A stretch of 64,000 nt of DNA, from positions 3,646,883-3,710,882 of the forward strand of contig CBDCVY010000013.1 of assembly GCA_965223245.1 (NCBI GenBank), given 5' to 3'. The stretch is from Nitrospinaceae bacterium (GTDB lineage: Bacteria > Nitrospinota > Nitrospinia > Nitrospinales > Nitrospinaceae). Shown here piece by piece: positions 38,877 through 47,777 of the stretch. The translations under genes and the position numbers were made by a program. Each line of letters opens with the position of its first letter. Position 1 is the stretch's first letter. Under the pieces are notes generated by a model. The model saw only the letters and a program-made list of their open reading frames with translations, did no database searches and had not been told where the DNA came from.

Positions 38877-40115
38877 TCAGGCAGTAAATCGTTTTACGAT
38901 TAAAACTGAATTGATTCCGAACATGCCAAATGAATTGTTCATAATTACATCGACCTGATCCATTTGTTCAGGTTGGTTGGCAACCAAATTGTTAAGTTGG
39001 CATTCCGGATCAATCTCATCTAAATTGATGGTGGGATGAACATAATTATCCTCAAAGGCCGGTAAATTTCCTGTAAGTTCCAATGCTCCAGCCGCACCCA
39101 TAGTATGCCCTATGTAGCTTTTTGTGTTATTGATTCGAGTTTGGCCCTTTGTCCCGAAAACTTCTCGAACAGCTTTACATTCTTGGATATCTCCTAACTG
39201 AGTTGCGGTGGCGTGAGTGTTTAACAAAGCGATATCCTCGGGTTGCAATTCTGCGCGTTTCAAAGCTAAGCGCATACATTCGGCTTGGCGGTTGGGTTCA
39301 GGAAGAATATAGTCATATGCATCCGAGTTACTAGCGTAACCAATTATCTCACCATATATTTTTGCACCGCGTTTTTGTGCATTACCTAATCGCTCAAGCG
39401 TATAAAGGCAACCCCCTTCGGAGCAAACTATTCCGTTACGATTTTTATCAAAGGGTCGGCTGGCCTTGGTGGGGTCCTTGTGTTCTGCCAAAGCACCCTC
39501 ACTCTTAAAGCTTGCGAATATACCGAAGGTGTGAATACTTTCTGAAACACCTCCTGCAATAGCCATATCGACTTCGCCTAACCTGAGCATTTGAACACCC
39601 TGAATGATTCCCAAATTTCCCGCAGCGCAGGCGGCTCCAATGGCATAATGAGGTCCGGTTATCCCCATATTTAAGGTTACTTCCCCAGCAGGATTATTGG
39701 CTACGGTGCGTGGATTGTGATGATGTGACCAATATTTGGTGTCATACTCATATTGGCTGATGTTGTAGACCTCGTTTTCTGTTTCAACATTTCCATGCTC
39801 AGTGGTTCCTATGTAAACCCCAATCCGTGATTTATCGAGAGCATCGAAATCAATCGCCGAATCCAAAACTGCCTCACGGGAACAGTAAACGGCGATGGAT
39901 CCTGCCCGTGTCCCACGACGTACCTCTTTTTTCTTTTGGTAACGCAATTCATCGAAATCACAGACTCCGGCAAGAACTTCGCCCATAAATCGAGTCCTAA
40001 ACTTGCGAACACCCGATTTTCCTTCTAGTAATGCCTTGCGAAATTCGGCTAACGAATTTCCATTGGGTGCGGTAAGTCCAATTCCAGTTATAACAATACG
40101 ATCATTTAATGACAC
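38877..40115 (-). CDS. Beta-ketoacyl-ACP synthase (KAS I/II, FabF/FabB-like)
   Basis: Thiolase-fold KAS. Active-site Cys region (GPHYAIGAACAAG), His-His motifs (NTHATATQLGD; GHTMGAAG) and C-terminal NSFGMFGINS. Confidence 0.85.
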   Translation of the reverse strand: MSLNDRIVITGIGLTAPNGNSLAEFRKALLEGKSGVRKFRTRFMGEVLAGVCDFDELRYQKKKEVRRGTRAGSIAVYCSREAVLDSAIDFDALDKSRIGVYIGTTEHGNVETENEVYNISQYEYDTKYWSHHHNPRTVANNPAGEVTLNMGITGPHYAIGAACAAGNLGIIQGVQMLRLGEVDMAIAGGVSESIHTFGIFASFKSEGALAEHKDPTKASRPFDKNRNGIVCSEGGCLYTLERLGNAQKRGAKIYGEIIGYASNSDAYDYILPEPNRQAECMRLALKRAELQPEDIALLNTHATATQLGDIQECKAVREVFGTKGQTRINNTKSYIGHTMGAAGALELTGNLPAFEDNYVHPTINLDEIDPECQLNNLVANQPEQMDQVDVIMNNSFGMFGINSVLIVKRFTA

Positions 40116-40276
40116 AAAATTATCCTAAAATGGAACCTCATAGGTTGGTTATTATAGGCAGGTTTAAACCAAAAAGCATTATAAACGAAGAATTAGGAAA
40201 TGGGGAGAATTGGATTTTTGATTTTTTTCTCTTTTAAATGATTTTCTTTATATATTTTGAATCAAGAAAGGGAGTT

Positions 40277-40753
40277 TCAGATCTTTTCAATTAGTGCAAC
40301 TGCATAAGCGGCGAGACCTTCCTCACGGCCGGGGAACCCAAGTTTTTCAGTTGTTGTTGCTTTAATATTGACTTGGAAGGGTGAAATGCTAAGAGCTTTG
40401 GCGATATTATCCTTCATAGGGTTCATATAAGACGCGAGTTTAGGTTTTTGAGCCACAATGGTAGAATCAATATTCATGATTTGGAATCCTTTTTCATTTA
40501 CCATCCGACCCACTTTTTCTAATAGTACCAGGCTGGAAACACCACGCCAACGGGGGTCCGTATCGGGAAAGTAGAGACCTAAATCGCCCCCTCCACTCGC
40601 GCCAAGCAGGGCATCACAAATAGCATGGCATAAGGCATCAGCATCCGAATGTCCTAAAAGCCCTTTAGGATGTGGAATTTCCACGCCGCCTAAGATTAGT
40701 TTTTCGCCTTCTTCAAGGCGATGAACATCGTATCCATTTCCGACTCTAAACAT
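40277..40753 (-). CDS. ispF: 2-C-methyl-D-erythritol 2,4-cyclodiphosphate synthase
   Basis: [12 protein letters not shown]...[18 protein letters not shown], canonical IspF motifs. Confidence 0.9.
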   Translation of the reverse strand: MFRVGNGYDVHRLEEGEKLILGGVEIPHPKGLLGHSDADALCHAICDALLGASGGGDLGLYFPDTDPRWRGVSSLVLLEKVGRMVNEKGFQIMNIDSTIVAQKPKLASYMNPMKDNIAKALSISPFQVNIKATTTEKLGFPGREEGLAAYAVALIEKI

Positions 40754-41025
40754 AAACTACCTTTAAACTTGGTAAGTTATTAAAGTTCAATTACCATTGT
40801 ACCCAGAGTCGTCTGGCCTCCACAACACTTTACTTCATCTATTAGGGTTTTTTTATTGCTTTAACAAAAGGACATTATTTTTTTAGTTTGAATAGATAAG
40901 CCTGTTTCTAATAAGAAAAATTGATCCTGTTTATATGAAAAAAATAGATCCGCAAAATATATATGGGAAATGGCTAAATAGTAAAACTTTTTTCTTTGAA
41001 TTTATTTTAGGTTATTTGATTGCAT

Positions 41026-42336
41026 CTACGTTGCAGCAACTTTAGTTTTTACCAAACTGAGCAGTGCAAAGGGGTGAACGGGTGCTTCCATTTGGATCCA
41101 AACGCGACCATTCCCGCCATGGGCAACCGATATAGATTCGTTTTTTAGGTTCTCCATCGCAGTTAATTGGAAATTATGTTGTCCCTCGGGAGAAATGTAT
41201 TCTAGTTCATCCCCGATTTCGATTCTATTCTTAACTTCAACTTCCATCCATCCACCAGGCCGTTCTCCCGTTACCTGACCTGCAAAAACTTGTGTTAAAT
41301 CTTCTTCTTGTGGCGAATCAAAGCGCTCTGTTTCATGGTCAGATTTAGGAACATAAAATGCCGAGGTAAAACCGCGATTTGCGGTTTTGTTGAGTTCCTC
41401 TAACAAGGCTGAATCGAAGGGTCGACCTTCTGCCAGGTCATTTAAGGCTTTGCGATAGGTTCTTACGACCAAAGATAAATAATAAATTGTTTTGGAACGG
41501 CCTTCGATTTTTAAAGAACATACGCCTGCATTTCGAATTTGTTTTAAGAATTCCAAAGCTCGCAAGTCTTTAGAATTCATAATATAGGTACCGTGCTCGT
41601 CCTCATCGATTGGCATTAATTCTCCGGGACGTAGTTTTTCTTCAATAAAATATTCGCCTTTTAAAATCTCGGGGTTGTGGGTGCTTTGCGAAAAGTCATT
41701 AGCTGATTCACTATTTTCTTGAGTTAAGTTATATTCCCATCGGCAACTGTTAGTGCATGTTCCTTGATTGGCATCACGGTGATTAAAATAATTTGATAAA
41801 AGGCACCGGCCCGAATAGGCAATACAAATCGCCCCATGAACAAATGCCTCCAGCTCCATTCCAGGTACTTTTTCATGAATTTCCTGGACCTCAGGCAGGG
41901 ACAATTCACGAGAAAGAATAATGCGTTTTACCCCCTGTTCATACCAAAACTGAACTGTAGGCCAATTCATCGTATTGGTTTGCACTGAAAGGTGAATCGG
42001 GATTTGTGGAAACTCTTTTCGCATAAAATGAATCATCCCCGGATCAGCCATAATGAAAGCATCGGGTCCGGCTTCAGCAAAATATGACAAAGATTTTTTA
42101 AACGATTCGATTTTTCGATTAGGAGGTAAAATATTTGCGGTGATATAAATCTTTTTTCCTAATTGATGGGACCGGTCAATCGCGGTCTTTAAGGTCGCAT
42201 CTTTAAAAGGATTTTCCCGCGCCCGCAAAGAGAACTTTGGAATTCCTGCATAAACCGCATCAGCTCCATAAGCAAAAGCATATTCCATCTTTTCTGGACT
42301 GCCAGCGGGTGCTAATAATTCTGGGATGAGATGCAT
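41026..42336 (-). CDS. Peptidase U32 family protein (collagenase-like; YegQ/RlhA-type)
   Basis: N-terminal PELLAPAGSPEKMEYAFAYGADAVY. A U32 core with Cys-rich segment. C-terminal beta-barrel extension. Confidence 0.75.
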   Translation of the reverse strand: MHLIPELLAPAGSPEKMEYAFAYGADAVYAGIPKFSLRARENPFKDATLKTAIDRSHQLGKKIYITANILPPNRKIESFKKSLSYFAEAGPDAFIMADPGMIHFMRKEFPQIPIHLSVQTNTMNWPTVQFWYEQGVKRIILSRELSLPEVQEIHEKVPGMELEAFVHGAICIAYSGRCLLSNYFNHRDANQGTCTNSCRWEYNLTQENSESANDFSQSTHNPEILKGEYFIEEKLRPGELMPIDEDEHGTYIMNSKDLRALEFLKQIRNAGVCSLKIEGRSKTIYYLSLVVRTYRKALNDLAEGRPFDSALLEELNKTANRGFTSAFYVPKSDHETERFDSPQEEDLTQVFAGQVTGERPGGWMEVEVKNRIEIGDELEYISPEGQHNFQLTAMENLKNESISVAHGGNGRVWIQMEAPVHPFALLSLVKTKVAAT

Positions 42337-42434
42337 TTTCTATTTCCATAATTTAAGGTGCAGTTTGACAATTATAGTAAAAAATATACTTAAAGGAAAA
42401 GCAAATCTCTTTGACCCTGATAAAACTGTTGGAA

Positions 42435-43109
42435 TTAAGGACATCCTTTGGAAGGTATGTAACCAGCGCGTTCTGCTTCTAACATATTGCTAAAGATGAT
42501 CGCTTTTTTGAGAGGAAAAGGTTTGTATTTTTGGCAGGCAGGCCATTGGTATTTTTTCGTTTTCTCATTAGCTACGATCCCATAATGAAAAATTTGATTG
42601 TAATCAACTTTGTTCGGACTGACTGGAGCCTCAGGAATGGATGTTTCTTTGCGGAATTCCCAAGGGGGTAATGGATCGGGTTGCATCCATAACCCAATAT
42701 GGTTTGAATAGGCGAAATATTCTAGCTTTGTTAATTTCGGAGAAGGTTGATGTTTGACCCGATAATGCCACGCTAACCCGGAAGCTAAAAGTTCCTCATT
42801 TAATATTCGTCCATCGTCCAGAGCGACTTTGCCAATGAATAGCCCATTTACATCGATTTGCTCAATGGTAACTTCCACTTTTCGATCATATATCATGTCA
42901 TATGTGAAATTTTGGGCTTGTCGTCCGAAGGATTGTTTTAACTCTGGAGCATCGACATCTGCCAGGCGAATTTTATATAATTCGTTGTCACTGAGGATTG
43001 TAAAGGTATCCCCGCTATGAACAGCAATTCCAATTCCAGAAATCATATGGGCAGGAGTTTGAGAATTTAACAATAACGAGGTCACTAAAAATATTGCTTT
43101 TATATCCAT
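42435..43109 (-). CDS. Secreted staphylococcal-nuclease (SNase/thermonuclease)-like protein
   Basis: Signal peptide. SNase core (RLADVDAPE...GRQAQNF...LLASGLAW). An extra C-terminal roughly 80-aa region. Confidence 0.6.
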   Translation of the reverse strand: MDIKAIFLVTSLLLNSQTPAHMISGIGIAVHSGDTFTILSDNELYKIRLADVDAPELKQSFGRQAQNFTYDMIYDRKVEVTIEQIDVNGLFIGKVALDDGRILNEELLASGLAWHYRVKHQPSPKLTKLEYFAYSNHIGLWMQPDPLPPWEFRKETSIPEAPVSPNKVDYNQIFHYGIVANEKTKKYQWPACQKYKPFPLKKAIIFSNMLEAERAGYIPSKGCP

Positions 43110-43156
43110 TAAATTCCGTTTTCTAGATTTTTAAATTAGAATAAAATATCATTTGG

Positions 43157-44086
43157 TTAACATTCTAAAGTTTCTCCACAATGAGGACATTGATTGGGAG
43201 AATTAGAGTCTTTCCCTTTTTGTAATTCTTCTAAAAACCCAGTTGCCAGGATAGCTGCGGGTAATCCAAACATTCCTAATCCTAAAATTGCAATCAACCC
43301 ACCGAAAACTTTACCTAAGGGGGTAATGGGATAAATATCTCCATAGCCCACTGTAGTCATGGTAGCAACTCCCCACCACATGGAAGCGGGTATGCTGGAA
43401 AAAGCATCGGGTTGAACTTCATTTTCCAAAAAATAAATAATACAGGAAGCAAAAATTAAAAGGAAGATGATCATAGAAAAGGTGACCAACAACTCTTCCT
43501 TTTTTTCTTTACCCACTTGAATGAATAATTTGAGAGAGCGAGAATATCTCACTAACTTTAGGACAACTAATAATCGAAATAATCGAAAAGCCCGTATAAA
43601 CCGTAAATCTACTGCAAAAAATGTTGAAAGATAAAAAGGCAGGATAGCTAACAAGTCTAAGAGCATCATGGGTGTGATGGCATAACGGATCCGACCTTTC
43701 ACAGGATCACGATATTTCTCTGAAGTGGTACATGCCCACAGCCGTAAAAGATATTCAGTGGTAAAAAAAACCATAGAAAAAATTTCAAAACCGAAAAACC
43801 AAATTCCATAATTTGCATTTAGAAATTTGACGGTTTCTAAAACTACCGCCAATACATTAAGTAGGATCAAAGCTAAAATCAATTTGTCAAAAGTATTGAT
43901 TACCCGATCGTGACGAGCAACAGGAGCCATTAAATCGGCAACTCTCGATTTAAAAGGTTTGTTGGGTTTTCGATGTATTGAATTCATATGTTCAAGAATA
44001 AATTCCGAAGTTCTGTTTGAGAACTTGATTAGATCTGGAATTGGGCATACATTTAGATTAAATACTTTTTCGTTATTTGTGAACAA
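43157..44086 (-). CDS. Voltage-gated-type K+ channel (6-TM, TVGYGD filter) with a C-terminal Cys4 zinc-ribbon
   Basis: S4-like arginine repeats (RFIRAFRLFRLLVVLKLVRYSR). Selectivity filter TTVGYGDIYP. C-terminal CPHCGETLEC. Confidence 0.8.
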   Translation of the reverse strand: MFTNNEKVFNLNVCPIPDLIKFSNRTSEFILEHMNSIHRKPNKPFKSRVADLMAPVARHDRVINTFDKLILALILLNVLAVVLETVKFLNANYGIWFFGFEIFSMVFFTTEYLLRLWACTTSEKYRDPVKGRIRYAITPMMLLDLLAILPFYLSTFFAVDLRFIRAFRLFRLLVVLKLVRYSRSLKLFIQVGKEKKEELLVTFSMIIFLLIFASCIIYFLENEVQPDAFSSIPASMWWGVATMTTVGYGDIYPITPLGKVFGGLIAILGLGMFGLPAAILATGFLEELQKGKDSNSPNQCPHCGETLEC

Positions 44087-44129
44087 AGCTTTGAAAAAAT
44101 TCTTAGTTTAATTTTCGCAGACTAAAAAA

Positions 44130-44996
44130 ATGTCTGAATTACAACAAGCCCAATTAGCCTTAGATCAAGGAGACATTGAAAAAGCAGTCTTTATCCTGAC
44201 AGGATTATTGAAAAAGGGAGAACTGCCTTTCTCAGACCGGCTGCGGGCTCTTCATAGTCGTGGGGATGCTTTAAATAAAATGGGCCAATTCCAAAAAGCG
44301 ATGGATGACTATGACCAAATGATTGAATTGAGCCCTGATTCCCCGGCCTCGTATTTTCCTAGGAGTTTGGCATTTTACAGAAATGGAATGTTTCGACAAG
44401 CTATTCAGGGTTTTAATCAAATGATTCGACTGGATCCGGATTTTTTTTATGCTTATCTTTATCGTAGTGAAGCTTTTTTCCAAGAGGGTAACTTTGACTT
44501 AGCCATCGAAGACTATGACAACCTTTTGCGATTAAGCCCGGAAGATGTCTCCATTTTTTTTCAACGAGGATTAGCGCATTTTTGTTGTGGTAACTTTGAA
44601 TCAGCAGAAGGAGACTTTGAAGCTTGTCTTGATATGGATCCACGGGATTCATATGGGATGACCTGGCTTTACTTAAGTCGTGAGCGGGATGGGAGAACGG
44701 GAGAATTACAATTGGTGGTCCAATCGGTTAATTTGAATCCTAAACATTGGCCAAATCCTGTTGTCTTTTTCTTTTTAGACGAATTGACAACTGAATTATT
44801 AATAAATGCTACCCCGGATTCAAATAAGAATATAGAAGAGAAACGAATTTGTGAGGCTCATTTTTTTATAGGACAAAAATTTTTGTTGCTAGGTGAAAAT
44901 ATTAAAGCCTGCCAAAGCTTTAAAAAATGCCTTGAATATCCGTGCCAAATTTTTATGGTCTCTGCCGCTCAAAAAGAAATAAGCCGTTTGAAATAA
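44130..44996 (+). CDS. Tetratricopeptide-repeat protein
   Basis: At least five 34-aa TPR units (W/LG/Y/A/F/A/P patterns such as AYLYRSEAFFQEGNFDLAIEDYDNLLRLSPED). Confidence 0.7.
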   Translation: MSELQQAQLALDQGDIEKAVFILTGLLKKGELPFSDRLRALHSRGDALNKMGQFQKAMDDYDQMIELSPDSPASYFPRSLAFYRNGMFRQAIQGFNQMIRLDPDFFYAYLYRSEAFFQEGNFDLAIEDYDNLLRLSPEDVSIFFQRGLAHFCCGNFESAEGDFEACLDMDPRDSYGMTWLYLSRERDGRTGELQLVVQSVNLNPKHWPNPVVFFFLDELTTELLINATPDSNKNIEEKRICEAHFFIGQKFLLLGENIKACQSFKKCLEYPCQIFMVSAAQKEISRLK

Positions 44997-45637
44997 TTCT
45001 TTTTTGATTTTCTATTTAAAAACTTAGGATATGGGCTCGTATTAAATAATTTTTAGAATAAATTTAATTTCGAGTATATTTTTATTTAAGGCTTTTTTAT
45101 ATTCATGTGAAATAATTGAAGTGTGTGCTCGGAATATTAGAGCGGTTGTTTTGTTGGATATGTTTGGAATTCAATAGTGGATGAATATTTACTGGGTAAA
45201 TTATTTTTGAAAAAAAACAAAATGATTTGATGGGTTTTGGATTTGTCTTTGTGGATGACTAATGAGACGAGAAAAAGGAATATAGATTTACAAAGTAAAC
45301 CTTGCGGCGGTTCTTCCTTCTATGTTGATTTATCTTTATTTGAAAGCTTAAGGTTGAAGGGGCGGGTTTGGAAAAAATGACCTAAACGAAAAAACTACTC
45401 TTTAAATTTTAATTAACCCTTACACTATTTTATATATTGAGATTAATGAGAACGGGTAAGAGTTAGAGAAGGAATCCTTTTCTCTGTTTAATAAAAATAT
45501 TTTTTAATTTAGAAAGTGTATTGGGTTAATAAGTTTCATTCAATTTTCATGATTTACTTTAATATTGCGGATGTTCTAACAAAAACTTAAGGGGTATTTT
45601 GTTAAGAATATTAATTCCATAGATTGAGGAAAAAAAT

Positions 45638-46747
45638 ATGCTAGAGGAAGGACAAAAGGAAGAGGCAAAGATTTTAATTGTGGATGATACCAAGCCTAAT
45701 GTGGTATTGCTTGAAGAAATGCTTTCAGGGTTTGGGTACAAGCGTATACAATCTGTCACGGACTCACGACAGGCAGTTCATATGTATGAAGTTTTTCGTC
45801 CTGATGTTCTTTTGTTGGATTTAAATATGCCGCATGTTAGTGGATTTGAAATAATGGAGGAGTTAAAAAATATTGAAAGCGACTCCTATGCACCAATCCT
45901 TGTCCTTACAGCTCAATCGGACACAGAGACTAAGCGAAGAGCATTGGAGGTTGGAGCTAAGGATTTTATAGTGAAGCCTTTCGATTTTAATGAAACCTTA
46001 CAACGCATTGGGAATATGCTGGAAATCCGACTGCTTCATAAACAAACCCAAGAGCAAAATAAATATTTGGAGCGAACTGTTTACGAGCGGACAAAGTTGT
46101 TGGAAGACACCCGGCTAGAAGTAGTTGAGCGATTAGGAAGAGCTGCGGAATATCGAGATAATGAGACAGGGAATCATGTAGTCAGGATGAGTCGGTTTTC
46201 TGCGATTTTGGCTCGGGCGGCTGGAATGCATGAAAACTATTGTCATTTAATACTCCATGCAAGTCCCATGCATGATATAGGAAAAATTGGCACTCCGGAT
46301 AATATTCTTTTAAAACCGGGGAAATTGAATGAAGAAGAGTGGGAAATAATGAAAGCTCATTCGACCATTGGAGGTGAGATTCTGTCAGGAGGAAAGTCCG
46401 ATCTTCTTAAAATGGCACAAACAATTGCTCTATCTCATCATGAAAAATGGGATGGTTCCGGATACCCTTTGGGTCTAAAAGGGAATGACATTCCTTTTGA
46501 AGGTCAAATAGTAGCAATTTGTGATGTGTTTGATGCGTTATCCTCTGAGCGTCCCTATAAAAAGGCATGGCCTTTGGAAAAAACTTTGGATTTAATTAAG
46601 GAACAAAGTGGAAAACATTTTAATCCTAAAATTGTGGATTACTTCCTTAAATCCTTAGATGAAATTCTCAAGGTACAAAAACAATACCAAGATCCAAGTG
46701 GTGATCAAGCCCAACCTCAAATAGCCTCAATGAGAAGTGCGGTGTAG
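45638..46747 (+). CDS. Response regulator receiver fused to HD-GYP phosphodiesterase (RpfG-like)
   Basis: REC domain (ILIVDD...LLLDLNMP). HD...HHEKWDGSGYPLGL motif of HD-GYP. Confidence 0.85.
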   Translation: MLEEGQKEEAKILIVDDTKPNVVLLEEMLSGFGYKRIQSVTDSRQAVHMYEVFRPDVLLLDLNMPHVSGFEIMEELKNIESDSYAPILVLTAQSDTETKRRALEVGAKDFIVKPFDFNETLQRIGNMLEIRLLHKQTQEQNKYLERTVYERTKLLEDTRLEVVERLGRAAEYRDNETGNHVVRMSRFSAILARAAGMHENYCHLILHASPMHDIGKIGTPDNILLKPGKLNEEEWEIMKAHSTIGGEILSGGKSDLLKMAQTIALSHHEKWDGSGYPLGLKGNDIPFEGQIVAICDVFDALSSERPYKKAWPLEKTLDLIKEQSGKHFNPKIVDYFLKSLDEILKVQKQYQDPSGDQAQPQIASMRSAV

Positions 46748-46810
46748 AAAAGGGATATCTTCTGTTTTTCGAGATAAATCTTATCAAATAAACCATGCTA
46801 CAATGCCCCC

Positions 46811-47770
46811 ATGAATATTTTATTTTTTGGGGCAGGTGCCGTAGGCCTAGGGTTAGCTAGTTTCGTAATCCAATCGGGACAAAATGTATTTTTAATTGGA
46901 AAGAAAGAAACAGCTGATGAATTAAAAAAAAATGGTCTTCAACGAGTTGGTATTTTTGGCGAATATCATTCCTTACCAGATAAATTCTTTGTAACAGATA
47001 ACCTCAATAATCTACCTCAAAAAAATTTTGATTATATTCTCGTTTGCACAAAATCTTTCGATTCTAAAAAGGCTGCAGAAAGTATTTCTTATTTTCTAAA
47101 GGGTGAAAAGAGAGAGCCTCTTGTGGTTCTTTGCCAGAATGGTTGGGGAAACGCGGAAATCTTTAGTCAATTTCTACCAAAACATCAAATAAAGAATGCT
47201 CGAGTAATAACGGGGTTTCATCGCCCTTTAAAAAATAAAGTGGAAATTACTGTACATGCTGATGCCATTAAAATGGGAAGTCTTTTTGGAGGAAATGTAA
47301 GCAATCTTAAACCTTTGCGGGATGTCCTTAATGAGGGAGGGATCCCTTGTGAAGTCACAGAAACCATTGACAAGGATCTATGGGCAAAAATGTTATATAA
47401 CTGTATGCTAAATGGTTTAAGTACGATTTTTGATGTCCCGTATGGAAAACTTGGGGAATCGATTTCGACACGAAATTTGATGGAAAAGATTGCTTTAGAA
47501 GTGTTTGAAGTTATGCAAGCAGCTGGTTTTAGGACGCACTGGGTAAGTGCAGAAGAATATTTTAAGATTTTTTATCAAAATCAGCTGCCGGCAACATATC
47601 ATCATGAGCCCTCAATGCTGCAGGACATTCGCTCCCTTAAGAGTACTGAAGTGGATACTCTCAATGGAGCGATTGTTACATTAGGAAAAAAGTATAACCT
47701 GGAAACACCACATAATTTTTTTATTACCTCGGCCATTCATTTTTTGGAAAATCGCTCCAAAATAAAATAA
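46811..47770 (+). CDS. panE: 2-dehydropantoate 2-reductase (ApbA/PanE family)
   Basis: N-terminal MNILFFGAGAVGLGLASF Rossmann fold. ApbA family length and C-terminal domain. Confidence 0.7.
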   Translation: MNILFFGAGAVGLGLASFVIQSGQNVFLIGKKETADELKKNGLQRVGIFGEYHSLPDKFFVTDNLNNLPQKNFDYILVCTKSFDSKKAAESISYFLKGEKREPLVVLCQNGWGNAEIFSQFLPKHQIKNARVITGFHRPLKNKVEITVHADAIKMGSLFGGNVSNLKPLRDVLNEGGIPCEVTETIDKDLWAKMLYNCMLNGLSTIFDVPYGKLGESISTRNLMEKIALEVFEVMQAAGFRTHWVSAEEYFKIFYQNQLPATYHHEPSMLQDIRSLKSTEVDTLNGAIVTLGKKYNLETPHNFFITSAIHFLENRSKIK

Positions 47771-47777
47771 CTATTTC

